Source: Coniocarpon cinnabarinum
Lineage: Eukaryota
Reading direction: 5' to 3'
DNA: 41,634 nt
Assembly: GCA_051942205.1 (NCBI GenBank)
Contig: JAVECO010000193.1
Coordinates: 1 to 41,634, forward strand
Position numbers and translations under genes: made by a program. This document shows positions 13,301 through 25,220 of this stretch, in pieces (position 1 is the first letter of the stretch; every line of letters begins with the position of its first letter). A model generated the notes under the pieces. It searched no databases and was not told the origin of the DNA. It saw nothing but the letters and a program-made list of their open reading frames with translations.

Positions 13301-16081
13301 AACATCAACTATAGGATTATTCGATACCTTTACTATTAGATTAATAACTAATATTCGGACCAATCTATTCGCTATCAGAAAAGGAGAAGGAAGCGCAAAA
13401 GGAACAGATTACAACTCTCTTAGCAAAGGGATATATCGTCGAGTTATTATCGCTAGCCGCTTTACTAATACTTTTCGTACTAAAGAAGAATAGCAAACTA
13501 CAAATATATGTCGATTATCGGTTACTTAATAATAAAACAATTAAAGACCGATTACCACTACCTCTTACTAATAAGATCTAAGATAATCTCTATAGTATAA
13601 AGATATTTATATCGCTTAATATTATCTTAGCATACAACAAAATCCGAATAAATAAAAAGTGCTAATAGCTCACTACTATAAGAACCAATATAGGTCTCTA
13701 TAAATAGCGTGTTATACTATTTAGACTTACAAATGCTCTAGCAATATTTTAAAAGTTTATCAACAATATATTACAGCAGTACTTAGGAATATTCTATTAC
13801 ACATATATAGATAATATTTTAATCTACTCAAAGATACTTAAAGAATATAAAACGCACGTTTAAAAGGTATTAGAATGTTTAGCTAAAGCCAACCTTCGGC
13901 TTAACCCTAACAAGTGCGAATTCTACAAGGAATCAGTTAAATTTTTGGGATTTATGATCACAGCTAATAGTTTTAAGATAGAAAGATCTAAAGTCTAAGC
14001 AGTTATTAACTGGCTAGAATTAAAATCGGTTAAAGAAGTTCAACAATTTTTGGGCTTCGCTAATTTCTACTAACGTTAAATTAAAGATTATTTAAAAATT
14101 GTCTCGCTATTGACTAAGTTAACTAAATCAGACAAACCTTAGAAATAGACGGAGATAGAGAGGAACGCTTTTAACAAAATTAAGAAAAGCTTTAAGACAG
14201 GTATAGTACTCGCGATATTTAATCCTAACCTACTAATTACTCTAAAAACCGATTTAAGTAACTTTGCTATTAGAGCTGGTATTAGTCAACTATACAATAG
14301 AAAGCTACAACTGGTAGCATTCTACTTAAGGAAGCTCTCGCTAATAGAAGTTAGATATAATATCTACGATAAAGAGCTATAAGCTATCGTTGTATTATAC
14401 AAATAATAGAGACACTACTTCGAAGGTGCGAAACATACTATTTAGGTCTATACTAATTATCTAAACCTTACCTACTTTATAACAATAAAACGGCTTAACA
14501 GACGACAAGGCCGCTAGGTTAAGATCTTATCACCTTACAATTTAAAGATTAATTATTAAAAAGGATCTAAGAATACAAGGGCAGATGCCCTAAGCCGGCG
14601 ACCTAATTATATAAAAAACAAACTAGAACTAAATCACGCAATATTCAAAAAACGGGGGAATACAATATACCACTAACGACGCGAACTTATAACGCTTAAT
14701 ACTAGTATAATCGAGCCTAATTATATGCTTAACGCAATAAAACAAGAAACCTCTAAGGATTTAGAAATTTAATAGTTTAAAAATATTACCCGGCAAAGCA
14801 ACTTAACTTTAAAAAAATCAGATTACGGATATTATAAGTTTTAGGGCAGAATTTACGTTCCTAGGAAACTAATAACCTAGGTTATCTTAGATTTTTACGA
14901 TTTACCGACCTATAGATACTCTAAAATCGAGCGAACGCTTGAACGAATCACGAGAACGTACTACTTCCTAAGAATAAGACAACGAGTTAAAGAATATATT
15001 CGGAAATGCGACATATGTGCTAGGACAAAGCACTTGAGATATTTACTATACGGGGAACCACAATATACTAAAATTCTACTACGACTATAGTATACCATTA
15101 TACTAGATTTTATCACAAAATTACTAAAATTAAACTTTATAGGATAGGAAAAGTATAATACGATCTATATAATTATAGATAAATTAACCAAGTTTATATA
15201 CTTCCTACCTATATATAAAGCTTTAACGGTAGAATCTATGGTAAAAAGAATTATTGCTTACGTTTAGGCAATACACAGGACTCCAAAAAAAATAATATTA
15301 GACAAAGATCGAAAATTTATCTCTAAATTTTAGAAAGGAATAACAATAGCACTTAGAATTGCTTATAAAATGTCAACCTTATACTACCTACAGACAGATG
15401 GCAAAACCGAACGAATAAACCAGACCCTAGAACAATACCTACGAACGTTCGTTAACTACGACTAGAGCAATTAGGCAGACCTATTGCTAGTCGCTATAGC
15501 GGCCTACAACACGTTAAAAAACGAAATAACTTAATTCTTACCCTTTAAAGCACTATATAGATTCTAACCGCTATTTGGGAGAACTACTCTTTGCACAATA
15601 GACAATGTCGAAGCCACTAGATTCACTAATAAAACAAAACAAATATATTAATAGCTTTAAGACGATATTAGATTCTTATAAGCTAGGACTTTAAAGTTCA
15701 CAAAATATACCCTAACGCCTATAGACCTTAAAGAAGGGGGTAGAGCATACCTACTTATAAAAAATATTAGAACAGAAAGACCAAGCAAAAAACTGGACTA
15801 TACAAAAACTGGACCCTTTAAGATACTTAAACAAGTTGGGGCAGTTAACTATAAACTCAAATTGCCACCCTAGATAAAAATACATCTAGTATTTCACGTT
15901 GTATTACTTAAACCAGTATATAGCGACAAATTAGAACGACCTAACCCAGCTATTAATAAGGAGGGTCAAGAACTAGAATACAAGGTTAAAGCAATCTTAT
16001 TAAAACGGACAAAACGAAAATAAACTTAATACCTAATTAAGTAGAAGGGATATAGAGATTATAAGAACACTTAGGAACTAG

Positions 16082-16675
16082 TTAGAAACCTAACAAGTTG
16101 CTAGGATTTAATCTAGAAGTATTACTAAGACTACTAGACAATAACGCACCCCACAACCAAGGATCTAGTAACAACAGATCCACGCCTTAAAAATCGAACA
16201 ACATATCCCTCTAAGGGATCAAGACGGGACCTAACCCTAACTTAGTATCTGCTACCTCCTAAGTATCTAAAAACTCTACCTTCTTAGTAAACCACTCTCT
16301 CTAACGAGCCTCCACCCGCTCTTCCTCTCTCCGTACCGCTAATAGGGCACGCTTTAGCGCCTTTTTGTGCTCTTTAATACGAGTAAGCTCGATTTCTAAT
16401 TTATCCCCTAGGGAGGTTAGACGCGCAGCGACGCAGTAGCGCGGATAATAGAAGGACAAACACTCTAATTCCCTTACCTAAGCATTATACTTAGAGCTAT
16501 GGTTACTACGCATATAACAAGCGCATGCGCGATAGATTTAAGGAGCTACCTAATAAACTGTACTAGCTCTCTTGCAAGAATCGCACTAGAGCATCCTAGG
16601 CTTAGATTTGGAGAGTATTTTATTAGACAACTGGATACGACGACCCTTTTAAGCTTTAGTATTACTTGGGGATAT
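16082..16675 (-). pseudogene. RIP-damaged antisense gene of element 3: Zn(II)2Cys6-like cluster plus coiled coil, with a putative 54-nt intron (16408-16461)
   Basis: Minus frame reads CDSCKRASTV[Y]*VAP*IYRACAC[Y]MRSNHSSK[Y], i.e. C-x2-C-x6-C-x9-C-x2-C-x8-C (16487-16585), with 3 of 6 Cys intact. Intron GTTTGT...CTAAC...TAG; splicing gives ELEWDKLEIELTRIKEHKKALKRALLAVRREEERVEAR. Gene ends are approximate. Confidence 0.78.
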
Positions 16676-16781
16676 AACAAACATATACACTTATAGAAGC
16701 AATTTAGGGAGTAACAGGTATTTAAACGCTTGTAAATCAGTCTTGCGATCGAGGACGATTCGCATAGAAGAGAGGGGATTG

Positions 16782-17190
16782 TATTACGCCGCTAGGCTAA
16801 TTCTAGAAGTTAGCACAGCCCTATTATAAGCGGACGCAGCCAGCCTTGCGACCTAACGTCTGTTAACACTAAAGGCCGCAGAAAGGACCTACAGCCGGTC
16901 GTAGAGGTCGCTGCGACCTTAGCGACTAGGTCGCAGAAGAATTGGCGACCTTACTATCTATATAGCCAGACTAAAGGACAACCCTTAGGACAAACTTTAG
17001 TCTACTAACTTATAGTCTAAATATAATTTGTTTATACTAAGTTACAAGCTTTATACTTTACCTAAAACCCCTTATTCCCAACTTGAAGAGACTTAAGAGC
17101 GAGTCCTCTAACTTTAGAACCTCTAGCTCTCTCCCTGACCGTGTTGTAAAAGGAAGCCACTAAGGGATCATCCTCCGACCCCGCGTAACA
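16782..17190 (+). repeat. 3' LTR of element 3 (family C)
   Basis: tattacgccg...cgcgtaaca after the PPT. The differences from the 5' LTR that I inspected are C/T and G/A transitions. Confidence 0.96.
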
Positions 17191-17475
17191 ACTAATTTAA
17201 TTTAATAGTATAGATTTTAAGTAAATTTAATATCTAGAATAGATTAATAAATTTAAATATATTCTTAATTTTATTATTAAGCCTATTATAGTAGTATATT
17301 TATAAAACTTTTTAATTAAGTTTAGATAAATATAAATATTATATAAACTTATTTATATATTATATAGCTAGTAAGTTTTTTTAATTAAGTTATTAAATCT
17401 TATATTAGACTTCTTATTTAGAATTATTTTTTTTATATATTTCTTTAAAAGTAGCTATTTAGTATATCCATCCAA

Positions 17476-19635
17476 CTAGGCTAAGCGCCTTGTTGCTCGA
17501 GCAAACTTGATTGTTACGGCTCCAATCCTAGTATCCAGCAACCATTTAGGTCTCAGACCCTGTATCAGGCCCTCCTGTGCATTCTTCGCTGTTGAATACA
17601 GTTCTATAAAAGGTGCAATATTACCAAAGTATGTAAAGTCCCGTAGTGTTGTACGCTGCGCGTCCCAAAGACAACAGTGGAAGAGAAACTGTCGCACTGT
17701 TTCTATTATAAGTGTTGTGCTTACTCCCTCATCGCCACTATGCTGACGTGTGACGGCGCCGATCAGGAGGCAGTGCTAGGAAGCAGCAATAGGAGCGTAG
17801 GATATATATAGAGGCTTCCCTGTACAAGGTAGTTAGCAAGGAAGAAAAAAGGGACAACAGGGCGGTTAGTAACGTCTTTCGCACAACGGTTTGCGAAGCG
17901 CTTTGAACAGAAATGAACCTACGGTACCGAGTCTCAATCAGTCCAAGTGTCCGCAAGTAATTCGATGATGTTTCGATGGCTTTTGCACTAGATGTACGAC
18001 AACCAAATTATGCGGTTTGACAACTGCGGCCACACCCTTCTAGGACTTGTACCCCTGTAGGTTATCGCCGATCTGTACGATGTTTTGAGTCTCTGTAACA
18101 AGAATGTGGACCTAATGTACGAGCAAGTCCATTTAATGGCATTCGACGAGGAGGTATCTGGAATCTTGCGAAACCAAACTCGAAACTACGCGACTTGCTT
18201 GTTAAAGAATGTGCTCATCGAAGTAGACTCTATCTCTTTACAGCGGAAGGGATGCCACCAGAGTTCTGCACACGTCTAATAAGGAAGCTGTACGAATTGA
18301 AGAGTGAATCAAGAGCAAGCAATAGAGTTCTCCACAAGGCGGGCAAAGAGCTTGACTTATGTTTATATTATAAGCATCCTAAGTAGGTCAACTGTCGCAG
18401 AGAATATATCAACAAGGTTGGTGAGACTCTTACCTAAGCTGTAGTTCTAATGTACGTTTGTAAGGCTTTTTTTTGCCGATGACTGTGTCATCAATCCTAT
18501 TCTAGGCTGCGACGTTAATAGATGCTGGAAGATAGCTACCCTGCCTGGTGTAGAGTCTGCGTCTGACACTAACATTCTCTGTCGAAGGCCAGGCGTAACA
18601 TTGGCTGTGCGTACCTAGATAATTCAATTTTGCTTTGCGAATATAATAGACGTCTATGGCGAGCTGCATTTTCAGATCTAGACCGAACCGCTTTAACCTT
18701 AAGTAGGGTATTGAGATTAGATTGAGTTATGTCTGTGAGCGGGAACATATACTGACGTATGTAATCGCTTATTGTGAAGAGCTCCGCCACGCGATTGAAT
18801 AGTCGGGGCTATTCGTGGTCGATCTGTGGTAGCATGATAAATCGCTGATCGGCCTATTGGGGCTGCTGATGGAGGGACTTGGCGCCCAGCTACAGTGGAT
18901 CTCTGTTTTCCCTATGCGTAGGTCGATCTTCGCCTAGGCTACTCGTCGCTTACCGTCCTGCCCTCATACACTAATCTGATTACCTCGGCGGGCGCCTCGC
19001 GCTCGTGTGGAGAAGTAACGCCGTCCTCGCTAGCTTCTCGAACAAGGCCCTCGCTTGAGGCGTGACGCCCGTAACCAAAACGAGCGCGGCCATGAAGCTG
19101 TTGCCAGATTTGCGAGGGAAGGGGAGCGAACACCTCGAAAACTTCTTCCTTCGGAATCAGTGCTGTACTCTCGCAGAACACATGCTTGACTCCTAATTTC
19201 GGGTAATCGAAACAGCAAAAGCGTTTGAATTCTAGGAGAAGAAGGCAAATGCAGACGCATCTACACAGGAATACGTTTTTAATCCAAGATAGCGCGGGAT
19301 ATTTAGTCTACCTATTTAACAAAACTAAAGAATGGCTATAAAGCCTGAGTGTGAGAGGCTCAGCCAATTTTTTCAACATCAAAGCATCCCTACTTGTTCT
19401 TTCTTTGCGGATTCACAGACCCTTCAACAACATTTGCATCCAGCTCAAACGGACCATATCTTTCTTTGAATAGTACTCGAGGAGTAGAGGCGGAAGCAGC
19501 ATCCAGCTCGCAATGGTCGGGCCCCATATCCAGTCTAGTATCGAGAGCGCTAGGCTGTGAGTGCGCTGTTGCCGACGAGCTTTTGACGGGAATCTGGTGG
19601 CGAGGCTCCTACTTGGTTTGTGATAAGGATGACAT
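17476..19635 (-). pseudogene. Probable degenerate Starship captain-like (DUF3435 tyrosine recombinase) pseudogene
   Basis: Frameshifted fragments in the expected order resemble captain motifs as I recall them: EFKRFCCFDYPKLGVKHVF, SRGGAL (GAR.GA-like), KVKAVRSRSEN, TLHQAG*LSSSIY*RRSL (NAGY...SIH..RR.LG-like), FLFHCCLW and QGLRPKWLLDTRIGA (Cys-rich tail). Highly decayed. Confidence 0.45.
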
Positions 19636-19644
19636 GCTAGCGAT

Positions 19645-19695
19645 GAGGACGGATGTAAACCGTCGAGGACAGATGTAAACCGTCGAGGACAGATG
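19645..19695. repeat. 20-bp tandem repeat, 2.5 copies (gaggacRgatgtaaaccgtc)
   Basis: Directly visible; lies just upstream of the minus-strand ATG at 19635. Confidence 0.9.
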
Positions 19696-20824
19696 AGATT
19701 GCTCGATCGAAATAAAACGCTTACAGCGCTCTAAATAAAGATAAATTGTAGCTAGAAGAGTCAATGGACTGACAAACCAAATAGAAAGTGGCAGACTTAG
19801 TTTTTGAGGCTGGTCATGCTAAAGGCAGATGCAGTGATTAAGAATACGTCTGACATAGAGCATGCTAGATAGCAGGAGCAATTCAGTAGTAGTTAACGCA
19901 GGGGCCATGCAGAGCGTCGCGTTAAATTGGCAGCTGAACGCCACAGACACGCGTAGCCTTCTAAAGACTGCAGCATGAACAAGGCAAAGTTGCAACAAAG
20001 AATGCCGAGGACAAGATACCAGTATAGCATATAAATGTAGGGCTATTAGAAGCGACAGATAGTAAGAAAAGTAGTAGCATCAAGACGATAGTACCTGCCC
20101 AGTTCCTCACAACAATATTGAGATAGTAGGATGCGGTGGCAGGCCAGTAGCTTGAAGTTCTTAGACAGGCCGACGGTCTAAAGCAAGCCGTCTTTACGGA
20201 TTTAGATGACTCTTCGAGATAGAATCCTCGCGGCGTGTTCAATGCATTACCAAAGCCAAAAAATACTACAACTATACTAGCGCGTAAGCGTGATTGTGCG
20301 CAACATAGGGATTTGCGTCTTGAACTGTCCAAAGACGATTTGTGATTCTTCGAGCGCGACAAGACCGCACTTCAATGTGACCAGGCCGCTGGATGTTGTA
20401 ATTGTGTAAGCATGAGTTAATGGACTCTAGATATATGAGTCAAATCTAGACCCTGGACATCGAGCACGATCGATCAGTGCATATCTAAGCACAGTAGTGC
20501 TAGCTAGACCTGAATGAAAACAACCGTCTAGCTGCTTTCTAACTGTTGTGCGTGCTCCCTCGCTGCCACCCAAAGAGGACTTGTCTGTTGGTAATCATGT
20601 GGCAGTTTCCATTGAAACAGCAATGTGTAGGATACTGCTTACTATTAGCGAAGGATAAGTGGAAACTAGAGCATGTATATACATACTTCCACAATACTAA
20701 CCTTGGTTCACGTCTAGCAATAGCGCAGCTTGTTTATCCTTACAGCTGCTTTCAACGAGATCAAAGATGTCAAAACTCATGTCTATCATAGAAACAGAAG
20801 CGATTGGCTCAAAAAAACGCCGTG

Positions 20825-21048
20825 TGTTGCAATATTAGCCACCGACCAACAAGTGGCAAGACCAGTGGCAAGACCAGTGGCAAGACGGCAAGGAGGCTGT
20901 GCACTCTATGACTAGAATATATATAAGTATCAGTTCCCTACACTCGTTAGATATCTTCTCTGACAGCGCAACTACAATTCAACAAGTCATTCAATCTCGT
21001 TCTCTATCCTTGTCTCGGTTGTGCTCCTCGTCATCCCTCCTTGCAACA
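20825..21048 (+). repeat. Solo LTR (224 bp, Copia-like termini) with TSD CCGTG
   Basis: Perfect 8-bp terminal inverted repeat TGTTGCAA...TTGCAACA; CCGTG at 20820-20824 and 21049-21053. Contains a TATA-like tatataa and an internal agtggcaagacc tandem. Confidence 0.93.
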
Positions 21049-21866
21049 CCGTGAACTTGGTAATTTAGCGTACAAGTGTGTATAAAAGAGCGCCGCGGCC
21101 CACAGCGGCGAATATTTCAGAAAATACTGGCTTATTTACATAGTAACGACGATCCTATTCAGAATAGTCCATAAAGCAAGCAGGTCGACTACTATCAGCT
21201 TGCAATTCGAGCCTGTACGTTGCGGCAAAACCCTAGCAAACGAGAAAACGCAAGGCCCTATAAGAAGTGTTGGAGCGACCTAGTTGACGACATAGAAACG
21301 AGGCAGAACGTGTACTTTACGACAAAGAGCATCAAGAGACGTCTCTAGAGGAGTACTGGCAATATACACACTTCTCTGACGAATCGCATATCGACCCTAA
21401 TGACACAGCTACAAAGTGCACGCTTCGTACGCCTGGCAGGGGAAGAAAACTAGAAAATTTAAACATTCTGACGCCGCTAAAGAATATTCTTTATTCAATA
21501 TTCTACAACGACGAGAACGATTACGTGTTTATTAATCCTCCCAAGCACCGTTCAAAGTCCCGTAAGAACAAGTACAATAACAATAAAGAGTATCAGCGCC
21601 GTGTAGAAGGCTAAGAAGCAGACAATTCCTACAAGGCGTGTGTAAAGCCAAAGAGCAATTCTATAACACAAGCTTACTATACTTTCTTTACTTTTCCACA
21701 TTACATCAATCTCTTTTAATAATATCGCCTTGTTGGCATACCAGTAAATTTTCAGAAAGGCAATGACCCTTCCCACGGCACACGATCAGAACACATCCAA
21801 GCGCGCCGTCTTGAAGAGGAAAATCGGATATCTACTCTGAAACAACCTGCACAATCACCAAATCTC

Positions 21867-22082
21867 TGTCGGAAGTTGAACCCTTGCACCCTGCCGGTCC
21901 TCACCCTGCCTAAGTCACATGACATAAGGTAGAGGCAGAAAGTGCAGGTGCCAGAGATCCTAGCACGGATTAGGCTTCGTATCACGTCTCCAGCTCTGTC
22001 ACGAATCTTGGCAGCGCACGCATATACATAGCAGCTTCTCCCTCCATAAATAATCATGCATCCATAGCCTCATTTTCTGACT
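21867..22082. repeat. Solo LTR (216 bp) with TSD ATCTC, inserted in the transposase SPNLNP motif
   Basis: TGTCGGAA...TTCTGACT ends; ATCTC on both sides. Removing it restores the Tc1 motif in frame. Confidence 0.88.
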
Positions 22083-22302
22083 ATCTCAATCCAAGTGAAG
22101 CGTCTTGGAACATCCTGAAGTATAGGGTCAAACAGTATCAATTTGACACGATTGTGGAATTCAAACAGGCCATACTAGGGGCGTGGGAGAGTATTATATT
22201 AGAGGAGATTCGGCAGCGCATTAAAGAGACGCTTAAATGGTGCAAAAAAAGGTCGCCACAATTAGGGAGAAAGGCTTAAAGCGGAGGTCTGCTATTTGAT
22301 AT

Positions 22303-22445
22303 TGTTGTGACGACTTTGCGGATACTGTCGATTGTGTGTTACTACTGTCCTTACTACTAAGTGCGAACAGAAGTCCTACCTTTATATTCGTTCTGCTCGG
22401 TCTTTCGCCTCTATTGGGCCTCAGTCAGGTTCTTGTATCAATGCC
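22303..22445. repeat. Diverged LTR-like repeat related to 23581-23754
   Basis: Shared blocks tgttgtg, gcggatactgtcg, ttactact, tacctttatattcg. Confidence 0.65.
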
Positions 22446-23580
22446 TTAGAGTCAGCAATCTTGCTACCGCTGACCAAGCGCTGGAGCAGTATTCAAAACA
22501 GGACTAAGCAAGGCGATCAGGGTACATGTATCGCTTATCTATTCCTTAATCTATATATCTGTAGTATCTTAGATCTGCAGTCTAACAAGACCTTTAAGCG
22601 CCTTGCAAATATTTTGTAAAGTGTTCACTACCGTGATCGTCTACAGTCTTATCTGTGTAAGGGTAGCTTGGCGGAGGCAATAGCGATTGCACACCAGGCT
22701 AGGATTGGTAGCGAAAAGAATAGTACTCGATCCTCTAGATATGGATATTGGATAATCTTTAAAAAGCAAAAGCGAGGCGCGCGCGCGCGATACTTTTGTA
22801 TCACGCTACCCCTGAGTGCGCACCGCGTGCGCACCACATCCCGTGATACCCGGTCCCGTGCTACATACCGCGCCTTAGACGTCTCTTGCTAATGCCCTTG
22901 TCACAATCTGCTTGGTCTCGATCGCCTCATAGACAATCCGCCGCTAGAGCTCAGGTATACGAACTAGGGCTAGATCAGATGGCCAAAGCCACTCAGAGCC
23001 CAAGAGACCGGCGTCGCCAATACTTCAATCTAGTTTTATAAGTGTACTAATCTCTCTAAGTAATTGATCTTTATAAGTAAGTTGCGTGAAGTCTATTAAT
23101 ATTAGGGTCGATAAGTCGCACGTCAACATAATAGCTAAACAATGTGCCGACTTTAAGAAATCCATTACTTCCTAAGTCCGGCATAGATCCTTTTTCATGG
23201 ACTGGTCGCCGCTACGAAGAGTAATAATCTAATAATAGTACTTTTTATGCCGCACAAAGACATTCTTTATTAAAACACGTGAAAGAATCTTGCTTTGTGT
23301 TTTTAAGCACCGACAAGCTTTAAAAGCGTTCTTCGAGTAGAACTAAGCCCTTAAGTCTATACATAGATCTTCTAGAGATTGTTCAGCCCGTCTCGTAACT
23401 GTCGTAGTAAATCGAAGCTAAGGAGGCTTTGCAAGATGCGGTAAAAACTTATGTGCGAAGAGGACCCTCGTTTCAAGGGTAAGGGGCCTTTTTTGTTATT
23501 ATTGCGAATATTCCTCTAGTCGCCACCTAATAGGGGCCTGCCAGGTGCCTACCAACTAGTAGGCATGGTCTAGGCCGGAC

Positions 23581-23754
23581 TGTTGTGCGGTACGTGCGGA
23601 TACTGTCGCCTTGAGTATTACTACTTGCCTTACTACTGACTGCGCACAGGAGCCATACCTTTATATTCGAGCTGTTCAGCCATCTTCCCGATTGTTAGGC
23701 TTCAATCAGGCCTCTATCAGGGTCCTGATCGTCATTTAGGCTCTTATATCAACA
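23581..23754. repeat. LTR-like repeat (tgttg...caaca), related to 22303-22445
   Basis: TG..CA termini and homology to the other copy; no TSD found. Confidence 0.6.
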
Positions 23755-23759
23755 CCCTA

Positions 23760-25220
23760 GAGTAAAAAACCATGCCATCAACACCCAAGCGTTGGAGGAG
23801 TATTCACAACAAACACAACGTGAGAGGAGTCGACAGATGCAGCTCAGCCGCCACACAAACTAGTAGAGATGTTGTAACCTTTAAATGTGGTTGGACAAGG
23901 AACCTCAAGACAAGAATTCAATGGCTATCTTACGATGATAAGACTGATACATTCAAAGCTATTTCTTCGTCTGGCAGTGATGACATGAACTCTCTCTAGC
24001 CCGTTCGGAGTCTAGAGCCAATGTTTAGATTCATGGCAACTTTGATGCCAGAATACGAGTTATCCAGAACTTCGTAAAACAACTTCAAGCCACTCTCTTT
24101 GATAGCAGATAACTTCTATAGGGAGCAGCACAGATCGGGATTGGTCCCATCAAACCAATCAATGAACAGGCGTAGGGCCTGAGGCAGGGCCAACGGCTAG
24201 ATCCAATGGTAATCTTACAAGGCAAGAACATCCAAGATAGCTGGTTTCCATTTCATAAAGCGCCTCCTTGGGTCTTTACGATATCACCAAATGGCTGGAC
24301 GTAGGCCCTGGCTGGCTACGGGAAGTGTTCCTAAAAGTCAACGGCTTACTGAACCACGTCTTCTTCTTTACAATAGCCATAGAAACCTTACAACACCACA
24401 ATTTATGTACGAATGCTTTAAGAACAACGTTCATATTATTTACCTACCTCCTTATGCAAGTTATATTCTTTAGGCGCCTAATTTATCCTGTTTCTCTGCA
24501 ATAAAGAGTTAGTATCGTACACAGATTACCGCGTTATCTCGTTTAAACGATAATTCGTCAATGCAGAAACAACAATTTTATTTCTTTTTGTTACGTAAAG
24601 TGCAATTCGATCAGGGTTGGGGACAGCTGGACTCGCTCCTTTTGCCCTAGAAAAGGTGCTGCGAGGGCACCTTGTTACAAACTAGCCAACAGAGGAAAAA
24701 ATAGAGACACTACGACGGCCGCAGACACCAGTCAAACAACAGAAGAACTAGCTATATATACTCCAGCAGTTGCTTCAACAGGCAGCAAAGATATCAAGAC
24801 CGCGGTCAACACGTCATCTCCTTCAGAAGAGTAGCAAAGCATTTGATATCTTTAGTATACAAGCAGCGCATCAACAGTTTCAAATAACCTCTCAGCAGCA
24901 GCTTCTAGAGTAGTTCGAAGCTGGCAGGCAAAAGAGAACCATTTTAGACCTTAAAGAACGGTTCCAACAGGTGGCAAATAATCAGAGAATACAGAACTCT
25001 GTAAGTAGGTCGATACCACCGCTAGCAAGCAACTCAAGGCTACAGGGGTCCACATTTGACAGAGCTGATTGGGATAACCAATTCAACACGTTGGGATAAG
25101 CATATAGTAGTAATTAGCACTACGTACAATTTTAATGAGAATTTTGATGAAGGTGGCAATTTTGGTAGGGTGCTTGCTTAGACGGTTGGTTATCTATCCT
25201 GTGGGCCGACTTACAAGGTA
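23760..25220 (+). mobile_element. Fot1/pogo-type DNA transposon relic (DDE_1 transposase pseudogene)
   Basis: MVILQGKNIQDSWFP, GW...WLREVF, LLLYNSHRNLTTPQFMYECFKNNVHIIYLPPYASYIL*APNLSCFSAIK (resembling DGH.SH...YLP.H.SH.LQPLD). Boundaries uncertain; may extend left to ~23080. Confidence 0.8.

Larger units (their letters stand above)
9955..17190 (+). mobile_element. Full-length RIP-degraded Ty3/Gypsy (chromovirus) retrotransposon 3, ~7.2 kb, with two 409-bp LTRs
   Basis: Two LTRs. Gag (KVLFAASYLEGDAAKWF; zinc knuckle LCLYCGNPGH...C ~11207-11252), protease ~12690, RT ~13300-13960, RNase H ~14230-14600, integrase (QTDGKTERINQTLEQYLR ~15390), chromodomain ~15975-16130, PPT agaagagagggga 16766-16778. 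Confidence 0.96.
20690..22290 (+). mobile_element. Tc1/mariner transposase relic interrupted by two solo LTRs
   Basis: WQYTHFSDESHIDP (~21357-21400), QKGNDPSHG (~21753), PAQSPNL|NPSEASWNILK restored across the insertion, AILGAWESIILEEIRQRI. Stops and frameshifts present; boundaries approximate. Confidence 0.85.

Noticed and set aside
16499..16696. 65-aa plus-strand ORF
   Set aside because: Shadow of the minus-strand zinc-cluster frame.
22791..22840. (GC)n run and gtgcgcac palindromes
   Set aside because: Short, with no supporting context for function.
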